Shown here in pieces: positions 1-8,977 of a DNA stretch of 64,000 nucleotides. Source of the DNA: an uncultured Clostridia bacterium (lineage in GTDB: Bacteria; Bacillota; Clostridia; UBA1381); the NCBI GenBank assembly GCA_947585795.1, contig CANPXG010000003.1:6171-70170 (forward strand). Reading direction: 5' to 3'. Every line of letters starts with the position of its first letter. The stretch's first letter is position 1. Made by a program: the position numbers and the translations under genes. The notes under the pieces were generated by a model. It was not told where the DNA came from and made no database searches. It saw only the letters and a program-made list of their open reading frames with translations.

Positions 1-234
1 GTAGCCCTTTTTCTCGTACTTGCGGTCGTAATCAAATTCGAGAGGCTTCGCGCCGTCCATAAGCTTTGTCCAGTCCTGATATTTTACCCACGCGCTGTCC
101 TTGCTGTTCACGCATTGTGTCGCGACGATCTCGTCGTAGTCGCTGTCCTTTATGAATTTTAAAATGCGCTCGTAATTGCCGTCCTTGTCGGCAAATTCGG
201 GCTGTACGTCCACTGCGAGCAATATTTTTTTCAT
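1..234 (-). CDS. Isochorismatase/cysteine hydrolase family protein (5' part; runs off the window start)
   Basis: Hand translation MKKILLAVDVQPEFADKDGNYERILKFIK...; LxxDVQ N-terminal motif; RBS AAGGAG upstream. Not in ORF track. Confidence 0.7.
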   Translation of the reverse strand, partial: MKKILLAVDVQPEFADKDGNYERILKFIKDSDYDEIVATQCVNSKDSAWVKYQDWTKLMDGAKPLEFDYDRKYEKKGY

Positions 235-259
235 AGTCGTTTCTCCTTTTCGTTTTTCT

Positions 260-1258
260 TTATCGTTCCCGCATTTGCGCGCATAATACGCGTTCAAGAA
301 AATCGTTCAGGGCGTTTACGTGCCCTTCGGCGGCTGTGAACACGCCGGTTGGAAGATTTAACGGTTTTGCGTCCGTCAGGGCGGTGCACGCCGCGTGAGC
401 GTCAAACGCGTCGGCGCGGAGTATCGTGCCGGTAAAGCCTATATCGCTTAGCATGTGGTCGGTTTTGTCCGAGTAGGCAAGCGGTACGAACGGTATGTTC
501 ATGCGCGCCGCGATCACGCATGAGTGGAAGCGCGCGCCGAGTATGACGGCGCAGCGTTTCATCGCGTCGAGTATGTCGCGGGGCGTTTCGTATTTTATTA
601 TCTCGAGCGCGTCCTTGTGCTTGGACATGGCGCGTACGCGCTTTGCGGCGGATACGTCGTCTTCGCTGCCAGTGTCGAAGCAGAGGAGAAGCGTTTTTTT
701 GCCGGTCGCGGCGGCGTAACGGTCAGCCGTTTCGGCAAGTGCGGAAAGGTCGGCGGCGCGTATTACGCTTATGCCGAGGTGTCCTTCGCTTCGTGCGGTC
801 GGCAGCATGTCGGCGGGAAGTGAAAAAAGTATGTCGGGGTATTTTTCGCAGCGGACGCGCGGTGCGTTTTTTTGTACGTAGTCGAGTGAAAAAGTGTCGC
901 GGACGGTTATGAGGTCATAACGGCGTATGTGAGCGCGTATGGCGCTTTCGGCGGCGCGGTTGATGAAGGGGCTTATGTTGCAGCCTATCACGGCGCGTAG
1001 GGGCGCCAAGCGCGTTTCACGGGCGATGTCGCGCAGGCGGTAGGCTATGCCGAGGGCGTTGTGGATCAGGAAACCGGAGCCGGTTACCTTTATGTAGCAG
1101 TCAAAGCCCGTTTTTTGGTCGGTTTTTACGGCGTTTATGAGCGTCGGCGCGTTTTTTGCGGTGTATATTTCATGTGAGGTAAGTCCGCGCGCGGCGAGCG
1201 TGAGCATCAGGTCATCGCCGAGGTTACGGTCAAAGTAGCCGTCGAGAAATATTTTCAT
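260..1258 (-). CDS. Polysaccharide pyruvyl transferase family protein
   Basis: MKIFLDGYFDRNLGDDLM start (GYFxxNLGD), ITVRDxxS, GARFHS motifs; ATG overlaps the upstream stop. Confidence 0.85.
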   Translation of the reverse strand: MKIFLDGYFDRNLGDDLMLTLAARGLTSHEIYTAKNAPTLINAVKTDQKTGFDCYIKVTGSGFLIHNALGIAYRLRDIARETRLAPLRAVIGCNISPFINRAAESAIRAHIRRYDLITVRDTFSLDYVQKNAPRVRCEKYPDILFSLPADMLPTARSEGHLGISVIRAADLSALAETADRYAAATGKKTLLLCFDTGSEDDVSAAKRVRAMSKHKDALEIIKYETPRDILDAMKRCAVILGARFHSCVIAARMNIPFVPLAYSDKTDHMLSDIGFTGTILRADAFDAHAACTALTDAKPLNLPTGVFTAAEGHVNALNDFLERVLCAQMRER

Positions 1259-2229
1259 TTGTCCCACCTCCCGCCGTAACGTTCGGCAAGCGATATTTTT
1301 ATTTTGGGGGACGGCAAAAGCATGGCGGTGAGAAAAAGCCTGTGCTTTAATTTGCAGCGGCGCGTGAGAGCCGTTTTTACGTAGGAAATGTATTCCTTGC
1401 CGCAAAGGACGTCCGACGCGGCTTTTTTGTTCACGCGCGCGCACTGTCCCGCGTTGTACGCTATTATCATGGCAGCCGTGTACGCGGCGGCGATCTTTAC
1501 GCTGCCGCGGGCGCTGTCCGTAAAGTCACGGAAAAGCGTGCAGATCGACGTGAGGCGTTTTTCAGCGTTTTGGTGGAGGTGGCTGTTTTCGTTTTGGAAG
1601 TAATTGTAGTACGGTTTTTCGATGAAGCTGATTTTGTTTATGTGCGGTATAAGCTCCATGTTAAACATCAAATCTTCGGAAAAGCAGCGTTTCGTGTCGC
1701 GAAAGCGTACGGCGGAGGTCACTGTAAGGTCGCGCCGTATGAGCTTGTTGCAGACCTCGTAGCTGTGGCGGCACGGCGTAAAGTACTTGTCCATGTACGC
1801 GCCTTTGTCTGTTACGGTGACGGTTTCGTCCGCGTATTTGAGCTGGCTTACGCGCCGCCCGTCGGGGTAAATGTCGGTTATGCCACATTGTACAACGTCC
1901 GCGCGGTCTTTTTCGGCGCGGTCGTACATGGCGCGAAGCATTTCGGGTTCTATCGTGTCGTCGCTGTCAACGAAGGCGATGTACTTGCCGCAAGACGCGT
2001 CGATGCCGCGGTTTCTCGCAAAGCCCTGTCCCGTGTTTTCCTGACGTATTAAAGTTATCCTGTCGTCGCGTATGGCGTGAAGGCGCGAAGAAGTAGCGTC
2101 GGTCGAACCGTCGTCAACGACGATTATTTCAATGTCAGAAAGCGTCTGCGCCGTGACGCTTTTTATACAGCGCTCTATCGTGTCCGCGCGGTTATATGTC
2201 GGTATTATGACGCTTACTTTCACTTCCAC
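1255..2229 (-). CDS. Glycosyltransferase family 2
   Basis: VSVIIPTYN, VDDGSTD, ARNRG, FVDSDD and SED motifs. Confidence 0.92.
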   Translation of the reverse strand: MEVKVSVIIPTYNRADTIERCIKSVTAQTLSDIEIIVVDDGSTDATSSRLHAIRDDRITLIRQENTGQGFARNRGIDASCGKYIAFVDSDDTIEPEMLRAMYDRAEKDRADVVQCGITDIYPDGRRVSQLKYADETVTVTDKGAYMDKYFTPCRHSYEVCNKLIRRDLTVTSAVRFRDTKRCFSEDLMFNMELIPHINKISFIEKPYYNYFQNENSHLHQNAEKRLTSICTLFRDFTDSARGSVKIAAAYTAAMIIAYNAGQCARVNKKAASDVLCGKEYISYVKTALTRRCKLKHRLFLTAMLLPSPKIKISLAERYGGRWDK

Positions 2230-2327
2230 TCGTTTTTCCTCCCCTTTTATAAGCTTAAAATCATTTTAGCATAAATATTATTTTTTGTAAATAGCGCGGA
2301 AAGGTAGGTGTTTCGTGATAATGAACA

Positions 2328-2356
2328 TTGACTAAGCGCGTAAATCATGGTATAAT
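2328..2356 (+). promoter_or_regulatory. sigA-type promoter of GT2-flippase operon
   Basis: TTGACT-17 nt-TATAAT with extended TG. Confidence 0.7.
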
Positions 2357-2393
2357 TTATAATTAGAGTGAAATTTAAAGGAGGCGCGGATAA

Positions 2394-3431
2394 ATGGAAC
2401 CAACACTCAGCATAATCGTACCGGTTTATAATGTCCGCGCTTTTTTGGAGAAGTGCATAAAAAGTATTCTCGCGCAAACGTTCACCGATTACGAGCTTAT
2501 ACTCGTTGACGACGGTTCGGACGACGGAAGCGGTGAAATATGCGACAAGTTCGCGCTTGAGGATGAGAGGATAAGGGTGATACATAAGGAAAACGGCGGA
2601 GTCGTCAGCGCGCGCAAGGCGGGCATAAGCGCTGCGCGAGGCGCTTACGCCGGTTACGTTGACGGTGATGACTGGATCGACAGCAGCATGTATGAGAAAA
2701 TGGTGCACTATATGCAAAAATACTCGTGCGACCTCGTCATGTGCGACGTGGCGCACGAAAGCAAGTCTTTGCCGCTTTCCTCCGGCGCGACACGCGCCGA
2801 TCTTGAGGCGGGTTATTACGGCGCTGAGGAGCTAAAGTCAAAAATACTCCCGAAAATGCTCTACGCGGGCGACTTTTACACGTTCGGAGTTTATCCCGTA
2901 ATCTGGAACAAGCTTTACAAACGCGAAAAGCTTATCAAGCATCAGATGGCGATAGACGAAAATATATATGTCGGTGAGGATGCAGCTTGCGTTTACCCGT
3001 ACCTGCTCGACTGCGAAAGTTTGTACTTTATAAAGGATATGTCGCTTTATCACTACAGAAGCTCCGACACGCAAATGACCGCCGCCTACGACAATATGTA
3101 CTTCGAGCGTTTTAAGTCGCTCTACGCGTTTTTCTCGCGCTCGCCTATCGCGTCGTCGCCTTACGCGTCCCAGCTCGATTACTACTACGCGTACATCGTC
3201 AAGACTTCGATAAGTAACGAGCTTAAAAAAGAAAACGATGTGCCGTTTTCCAAAAAGCTCAGAAATATAAAGGAAATATGCGCCTTTTCACAGCGTGAGG
3301 GTTTTCTCGAAAGGATCAGCGTGTCGCCGTTTCATCACAGGCTTTACTTCGCGCTTCTCAAGCTCAATAAGCCTCTCCCGATAATCGCGGGAGTGTATAT
3401 AGCAAGATTTATTCAAAGGAGCTTCGGGTGA
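2394..3431 (+). CDS. Glycosyltransferase family 2
   Basis: SIIVPVYN, VDDGSDD, YVDGDD, WNKLYK, GED motifs; RBS AGGAGG. Confidence 0.92.
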   Translation: MEPTLSIIVPVYNVRAFLEKCIKSILAQTFTDYELILVDDGSDDGSGEICDKFALEDERIRVIHKENGGVVSARKAGISAARGAYAGYVDGDDWIDSSMYEKMVHYMQKYSCDLVMCDVAHESKSLPLSSGATRADLEAGYYGAEELKSKILPKMLYAGDFYTFGVYPVIWNKLYKREKLIKHQMAIDENIYVGEDAACVYPYLLDCESLYFIKDMSLYHYRSSDTQMTAAYDNMYFERFKSLYAFFSRSPIASSPYASQLDYYYAYIVKTSISNELKKENDVPFSKKLRNIKEICAFSQREGFLERISVSPFHHRLYFALLKLNKPLPIIAGVYIARFIQRSFG

Positions 3432-4921
3432 AACGTATGAAACCGTCTTACATTAAATCCGGCTTTATATTGTCCTACGCGGCAATATTCATTCAAAGTA
3501 TAATAAGCATAGCCTACACGCCCGTTATGCTCCGTCTGCTCGGCGGAAGCGATTACGGGCTTTTGCAGCTTGCCATATCAACAATAGCGAACCTCGGTAT
3601 ACTGAGTTTCGGCTTCGGAAGCTCGTATCTTCGTTTTTACTCTCAGTATAAGTCGAGGGGCGACGATGACGGCGTTGCCGCGCTCAACGGTATGTTCGCC
3701 GTTATTTTCTCGCTCGCATCGGTTATGTCGCTCATTGCGGGCGCGGTCATAACACTTGGCGCGGACGCGATCTTTTCCGCGTCAATGTCGGGAAATGAGC
3801 TTTTGTCGTTAAAACCGCTGCTCGCCGTCATGACGGTAAATCTCGCGCTGAGGCTGCCGCTTAACGTGTTTGACTCGTACATAATAGCGCATGAACGGTT
3901 TACGTTCCAGAAGGCGCTCGTCATTATTACGTCGTTTTTAAATCCGATGCTGACGTTGCCCGTTATGCTGTCGGGCAAGGGCTCGCTCGGCGTTGCGGTC
4001 TGTATGACGCTCATATCGCTTGTAAAGCTCATCGCGTCGATGATTTTCTGCGTCAGAAGGCTCGGTATGCGTTTTCGTTTCGCGTTTGACGCGAAGCTTT
4101 TTAAAAGTCTTTCGACCTTTTCGTTTTTTATATTTTTGAATATAGTGAGCGATCAGATAAACTGGAACGCGGATAAGACTATCCTCGGTATATTAAAAGG
4201 TCCGACGAGCGTCACGGCGTACTCGCTCGGTTCACAGTTTAACTCGTATTTTCTGACGTTCTCTTACGCGCTCGCGTCCCTTTATTCGCCAAAGGCGTAC
4301 TCGCTCGCGGCGATGAGGAGGAGCGACGAGGAGCTTACGCGTTTCTTTGCCCGTTTCGCAAGGCTTCAGCTTTGCGTTATGGCGTATGTATTTATGATGT
4401 TCGTCGGCGTGGGCAGACCGTTTATACGGCTTTGGTCGGGGCTTCAAAGCGATGTTCCGTACTACACGGCTCTTTTGCTCATATCGCCGCTTCTCGTCAC
4501 GTCTGTTCAGTCGATCGGTATAGAGATACAGCGCGCGAAGGATATGCACCGTTTCCGTTCCGTGCTTTACTTCGCAGTCGCGTTCTTTAATATCGCGGTG
4601 AGCGTGCCGCTGTGTATGCGTTTCGGTGAGATAGGCTGCGCTTTGGGCACGTGCGGTTCTATCGTAGTCGGAAATATTTTGATAATGAATTTCTACTACC
4701 ACAGGCGCGTGGGGCTCGATATGGCGTACTTTTGGAAACAGGTGCTCTGTCTTGTCCCCTCTCTCCTGCTCCCCGCCTTGGCAGCCGCTTTCGCGATCAT
4801 ATGCGCGCGAGAGAGCGTTTGGTCCGTGATCGCGTGGGGACTTGTTATCACGGCGGTGTACGCGCCGTCGGTGTGGTTTTTCGGTATCGGAAAGGATTTG
4901 AAAAAAAACGGCTTGTATTAA
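3428..4921 (+). CDS. Wzx-like oligosaccharide flippase (MOP/PST family)
   Basis: About 12-14 hydrophobic segments; YTPVMLRLLGxxDYG and LSFGFGSSYLRF N-terminal pattern; next to GTs. Confidence 0.88.
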   Translation: MKRMKPSYIKSGFILSYAAIFIQSIISIAYTPVMLRLLGGSDYGLLQLAISTIANLGILSFGFGSSYLRFYSQYKSRGDDDGVAALNGMFAVIFSLASVMSLIAGAVITLGADAIFSASMSGNELLSLKPLLAVMTVNLALRLPLNVFDSYIIAHERFTFQKALVIITSFLNPMLTLPVMLSGKGSLGVAVCMTLISLVKLIASMIFCVRRLGMRFRFAFDAKLFKSLSTFSFFIFLNIVSDQINWNADKTILGILKGPTSVTAYSLGSQFNSYFLTFSYALASLYSPKAYSLAAMRRSDEELTRFFARFARLQLCVMAYVFMMFVGVGRPFIRLWSGLQSDVPYYTALLLISPLLVTSVQSIGIEIQRAKDMHRFRSVLYFAVAFFNIAVSVPLCMRFGEIGCALGTCGSIVVGNILIMNFYYHRRVGLDMAYFWKQVLCLVPSLLLPALAAAFAIICARESVWSVIAWGLVITAVYAPSVWFFGIGKDLKKNGLY

Positions 4922-4935
4922 GCCGTTTTTTTTCT

Positions 4936-5193
4936 TTACAGGTTAGATTTAAAAAATTGTTCGATCGCCTCCGCCGCAAGTTCCTCGTCAGCTCCCTCGA
5001 CTTTTACGCTGACGGTCTGTCCCGGCAGAGCGCCAAGTCCCATAACGGAAAATATTCTTTTCGCGTCGCCCGATTTTCCGTCCTTTTCAAGCGTTATCGA
5101 CGATTGGTACTTTACGGCTTCGCGCACGAGCATACCAGCCGGACGCGCGTGCACGCCGTCGGGATCGGTTATTGTGTACTTAAATTCACGCAT
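4936..5193 (-). CDS. ptsH: HPr phosphocarrier protein
   Basis: GVHARPA motif (phospho-His), DAKRIFSVMGLG, 85 aa. Confidence 0.9.
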   Translation of the reverse strand: MREFKYTITDPDGVHARPAGMLVREAVKYQSSITLEKDGKSGDAKRIFSVMGLGALPGQTVSVKVEGADEELAAEAIEQFFKSNL

Positions 5194-5350
5194 GTTGTTC
5201 CTCCGTCAAGTCGTTATATATTGTTTCAATTTGCCGGCGCGCGGGTATGTCGCCGCAAAACGCTTTCGCGCGGTCGACCTCGCCCTCGGCGTAATTTGAA
5301 ACGGTGACGATGTGATCGAGCGCCGGATCTAATGTGACTGTGTAGATCAT
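5186..5350 (-). pseudogene. fruK: Internally deleted 1-phosphofructokinase (FruK/PfkB) remnant, 54 aa
   Basis: MIYTVTLDPALDHIV is the FruK N-terminus, fused in frame to AKAFCGDIPARRQIETIYNDL, which resembles the FruK C-terminus; RBS GGAGG; overlaps the ptsH start. Confidence 0.7.
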
Positions 5351-5424
5351 ATAAAGTCCTCCCATGTTTATATTGTACGACAAAACGAATAAATAATCAA
5401 GGCGGTCTTTTTTTGTTATTGGTC

Positions 5425-5453
5425 TTGTAAAAATGTGAAAAATGTGGTATAAT
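5425..5453 (+). promoter_or_regulatory. sigA-type promoter
   Basis: TTGTAA-17-TATAAT with extended TG. Confidence 0.65.
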
Positions 5454-5477
5454 AGTAGGCAGATTATTAAGGAGTGA

Positions 5478-5783
5478 ATGTCTATGATCACAATAATAGC
5501 AAAATTCAGCGTATGTTCGGATAAAATCGAGGAGTTTAAGAAGTGCACGATGAACGTTGTGCGTGAAACGCGTAAGGAAAAGGGTAATCTCGCGTACAAG
5601 ATATATCAGGCGAGAGATGACGCGTCGCGCTTTACGTTTGTGGAGGAGTGGCTTAATGACGCGGCTATAGAGGAGCATAATAACTCCAAGCATTTTTTGA
5701 GGTTCATGAATGAGATAAAGCATATTACGAACGGTGAGCCAAGTATCGAGCAGCTTACCACCGTTCCGTCGGTATTCCGCTGA
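5478..5783 (+). CDS. Antibiotic biosynthesis monooxygenase (ABM)/putative quinol monooxygenase
   Basis: TRKEKGNLAY, FTFVEEW, HNNSKHF motifs; about 100 aa. Confidence 0.88.
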   Translation: MSMITIIAKFSVCSDKIEEFKKCTMNVVRETRKEKGNLAYKIYQARDDASRFTFVEEWLNDAAIEEHNNSKHFLRFMNEIKHITNGEPSIEQLTTVPSVFR

Positions 5784-5821
5784 TACGTCCGTGCCTACAC
5801 GTTACGAAGGAGAGGATTTAT

Positions 5822-7159
5822 TTGCAAAAGGCTTTGGAGTATTACAAGCGGATAGTTGATGAGAATTTTGAGGAAAATGTTGAGAGTGCCGCGAGGCAGC
5901 AGGAGTACATAAAAAAGTACACGGCGCGGTATCACGGGTATTACGTGCATACGCTATATATACCGAAAATGTTTACGGAGGATATGGTGAGGCGGTTTGA
6001 GGAGATCGCCGACGTTATATACGGTATACTCGTGAAGGTGATACGCGCGTACCGCGCGGACGAAAAGTACCGCGCGCTGTTCGGTTTTGAGGAACGGCTC
6101 GAGGATCTTATTCTCCGTCCCGAGCATTACGAGTGTCCTCTGCCGATAGCGAGAGTGGATATATTTTTTAACGAGGATGATTTTTCGTTTAAGTTCTGTG
6201 AGTTCAACACGGACGGTTCGAGCGCGATGAATGAGGATAAGGAGCTCAATGAGGCTCTTAAGCTGACGAACGCGTACGGTGAGTTTGTGAAAAAGTACGA
6301 CGTGCGCACGTTTGAGCTGTTTCGGTCGTGGGTAAAGACGTTTGCGAGGATATACGGCGGCTATGACAGGGCAGTCAAAAATCCGTATGTGGCGATCGTC
6401 GATTTCTTCGGCGGCGACGTGAGCCGTGAGTTTACGGCGTTTAAAAAGGCGTTTGAGGACAGTGGGTTTGAGTGTGAGATATGTGAGATAACGGAGCTTT
6501 CGTATGACGGTAAAAATCTTATTTCGCCCTCGGGAAGAAAAATCGACGCGGTGTACCGCCGCGCGGTAACTTGCGATATAATGCGCAATTATGACAAGGT
6601 ACTTCCGTTTATAAAAGCGGCGGAGGATAATAATGTGTGTCTTATAGGCGATTTTATGACGCAAATCGTCCATAACAAAATCGTGTTTAAGGTGCTCCAT
6701 GACGATATGACGTACGCATTTCTGAGTGAAAGTGAGAGGGAGTTTGTGAAAAAACATATCCCGTACACAGCGTCGCTTACGGAGGAGGAGATCGTCAAGC
6801 ATGATGTGCTTAACACAAAGGACAAGTGGGTAATAAAGCCGGAGGACTCGTACGCGTCCAAGGGTGTTTACGCCGGTGTCGAGGGTATGACGGATGAGGA
6901 GTGGCGAAACGAGGTAATGCAAAACACGGACAACCACTATTTGCTTCAGGAGTACTGTGAGCCGTACGCGTCGCTCAATATCGACATTACGCACGACAAA
7001 AACGCGCGGTATAAGGAGTACAGCAATATAACGGGACTGTACCTTTACGGCGGCAAGCTCGCCGGTCTTTACTCGCGTATAGCGAAGAACAGTATCATAT
7101 CGACACAGTACAGCGAAATGTCGCTGCCGACTGTGATAGTGAAGGAAAAACAGCGTTAA
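5822..7159 (+). CDS. Circularly permuted ATP-grasp ligase (glutathionylspermidine-synthase-like)
   Basis: ARVDIF, FCEFNTDGS, IDAVYRR, WVIKPEDSYASKGV, LLQEY motifs. Confidence 0.8.
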   Translation: MQKALEYYKRIVDENFEENVESAARQQEYIKKYTARYHGYYVHTLYIPKMFTEDMVRRFEEIADVIYGILVKVIRAYRADEKYRALFGFEERLEDLILRPEHYECPLPIARVDIFFNEDDFSFKFCEFNTDGSSAMNEDKELNEALKLTNAYGEFVKKYDVRTFELFRSWVKTFARIYGGYDRAVKNPYVAIVDFFGGDVSREFTAFKKAFEDSGFECEICEITELSYDGKNLISPSGRKIDAVYRRAVTCDIMRNYDKVLPFIKAAEDNNVCLIGDFMTQIVHNKIVFKVLHDDMTYAFLSESEREFVKKHIPYTASLTEEEIVKHDVLNTKDKWVIKPEDSYASKGVYAGVEGMTDEEWRNEVMQNTDNHYLLQEYCEPYASLNIDITHDKNARYKEYSNITGLYLYGGKLAGLYSRIAKNSIISTQYSEMSLPTVIVKEKQR

Positions 7160-7190
7160 AAAGGTCATGAGGCGCGCCTCATGACCTTTT
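7159..7190. terminator. Bidirectional intrinsic terminator (perfect 32-bp palindrome)
   Basis: AAAAGGTCATGAGGCG/CGCCTCATGACCTTTT between convergent genes. Confidence 0.85.
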
Positions 7191-7216
7191 GCTTTTATGT
7201 AGTCCATGCTACAAAT

Positions 7217-7567
7217 TTATATACCGCCAAGACCGAAGCTCACGGACAGCGCGTCGTTCACGCTGTCCATAAGCTCATCGTCAATGCGTCCTATTCTTTC
7301 GCGTAATCTGCGTTTATCTATCGTCCTGATTTGTTCAAGCAGTATCACCGAATCCTTGTTAAGCCCGTATTCCTTAGCCGTAAGCTCAATATGCGTCGGC
7401 ATTTTCGCCTTATTGATACGGCTCGTTATAGCCGCCGCAATGACCGTGGGACTGTATTTATTACCTATGTCGTTTTGTATAATGAGTACGGGGCGTACGC
7501 CGCCCTGTTCGCTCCCGACAACCGGACTTAAATCGGCGTAATAAATATCTCCTCTTTTCACAATCAC
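7217..7567 (-). CDS. mazF: MazF/PemK endoribonuclease toxin (EndoA/NdoA)
   Basis: [42 protein letters not shown]; conserved position downstream of alr. Confidence 0.96.
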   Translation of the reverse strand: MIVKRGDIYYADLSPVVGSEQGGVRPVLIIQNDIGNKYSPTVIAAAITSRINKAKMPTHIELTAKEYGLNKDSVILLEQIRTIDKRRLRERIGRIDDELMDSVNDALSVSFGLGGI

Positions 7568-7569
7568 AT

Positions 7570-7731
7570 TTATTCACACTCCGTCAGTTTTTCCTCACAC
7601 AGCGAAAGACTTTCGTTATCCGCCTCTACACACATCTGCGCTATTTCAAGATTTATATCCGCCATTTTTTTATAACCGTTCTCAAGCTTTTTTATAAGCT
7701 CCTTTTTATCGGTTTTTTTGATTTGTGACAA
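7570..7731 (-). CDS. mazE: Short MazE/NdoAI antitoxin (53 aa, no RHH domain)
   Basis: Hand translation (TTG) [53 protein letters not shown]; GYxxMAxINL motif; RBS AAAGGGGG; between alr and mazF. Not in ORF track. Confidence 0.85.
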   Translation of the reverse strand: MSQIKKTDKKELIKKLENGYKKMADINLEIAQMCVEADNESLSLCEEKLTECE

Positions 7732-7789
7732 AGCAACCAGGCCCCCTTTTACCTTTTCCCATGCGCGCTTTGCGCTGCTCCTTAAGGAC

Positions 7790-8953
7790 TTACATGAGGT
7801 AGTTTAATACCTTTACCGCCTCTCCGCCCTTTGTATAGATCCTCGGGATACGTTTGCCTATTACGCACGATACCTCGTAATTGATGGTATCGAGCCAGCG
7901 GGCAAGGTCGTCGATCGTAACTCCCTCGCTGCCGAAAATGATCACCTCGTCACCTTTATCAATATTATGGACATTTGTAACGTCAATCATACATTGATCC
8001 ATACAAATTCTTCCGATGATAGGAACTTTTACTCCGTTGACGATCATTTTCCCCTCTTTGGCAAGCTTCCTCAAATATCCGTCGGCATAACCGATAGGCA
8101 CGGTCGCGATCTTTGTCCGCCTGTCGGTTATGTACTCTCTGCCGTAGCTTACGCCTCTGCCCGCCGGAACCTCCTTTACATGCGTAACGGTGGACTTGAG
8201 CGTCATCGCGCTCACAAGATCAAGCTTCGACTTATCCACTTCGTCGGAGGGATACATTCCGTAAAGTATCACTCCCGGGCGCACCATGTCAAGGTGCATT
8301 TCGGGATACATCATTATCCCCGCGCTGTTGCAGATATGCTTTATAGGTACGGTTACCCCCTTCTCCTCGAGATCGGAGCAGACTTTCATAAACCTTTCAA
8401 ACTGCATGAGCGTATACGATCTGTCAGCCTCGTCGGACGCGGCAAAATGTGAGAAAATACCCTCTATCTCTATATAGGGAAGTTTTGATATTTTAAGTAT
8501 CTCGTCGACTATCTCCTCATCGTTATCGCCCGCCAAAAAGCCTATGCGGCTCATGCCCGTGTCTATTTTTATATGGATTTTCATGATTTTTTCTTTTCGC
8601 TCCGCCTCGTAGGAAAGGGCTTTCGCGAAGTCATAGCTGAAAACGCTCGGCGTTATGTCAAAATTGATCAGATCCTCGGCGGTTTCGCCGCCCAAAGCGC
8701 CAAGTACCAGTATGGGTACCGTAACGCCTCGGCTGCGAAGCTGCTTACCCTCCTGAAGCATGGCTACCGCCAAGCGGTCCGCGCCGTTTTCCAAAAGCGT
8801 TCTCGTGACCTCGAGAAAGCCGTGTCCGTAAGCGTCAGCCTTTACGACCGCCATTATCTGCGCATTGGGGTTCGTTATTTTCCTTATTTCCTTTATGTTA
8901 TGGGCTATGGCGTCAAGGTCAACTTCCGCCCATGTCCGCTTATCCATTTTCAA
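7790..8953 (-). CDS. alr: Alanine racemase
   Basis: AVVKADAYGHG PLP site, DTGMSRIG, GRICMDQ. Confidence 0.97.
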   Translation of the reverse strand: MKMDKRTWAEVDLDAIAHNIKEIRKITNPNAQIMAVVKADAYGHGFLEVTRTLLENGADRLAVAMLQEGKQLRSRGVTVPILVLGALGGETAEDLINFDITPSVFSYDFAKALSYEAERKEKIMKIHIKIDTGMSRIGFLAGDNDEEIVDEILKISKLPYIEIEGIFSHFAASDEADRSYTLMQFERFMKVCSDLEEKGVTVPIKHICNSAGIMMYPEMHLDMVRPGVILYGMYPSDEVDKSKLDLVSAMTLKSTVTHVKEVPAGRGVSYGREYITDRRTKIATVPIGYADGYLRKLAKEGKMIVNGVKVPIIGRICMDQCMIDVTNVHNIDKGDEVIIFGSEGVTIDDLARWLDTINYEVSCVIGKRIPRIYTKGGEAVKVLNYLM

Positions 8954-8977
8954 TTCTCCTTAATTATAGCACATGAT

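Noticed and set aside
1259-1444. Long N-terminal extensions in the ORF track (also prmC, rplU, rpsT, tagF-like, lonB, fruK remnant)
   Set aside because: Family N-termini and RBS positions support the downstream starts used here.
5954-7207. 417-aa antisense ORF opposite the ATP-grasp gene
   Set aside because: Shadow frame of a real gene with biased codon usage; no recognisable motifs. The many other antisense or overlapping ORFs in the track were rejected for the same reason.
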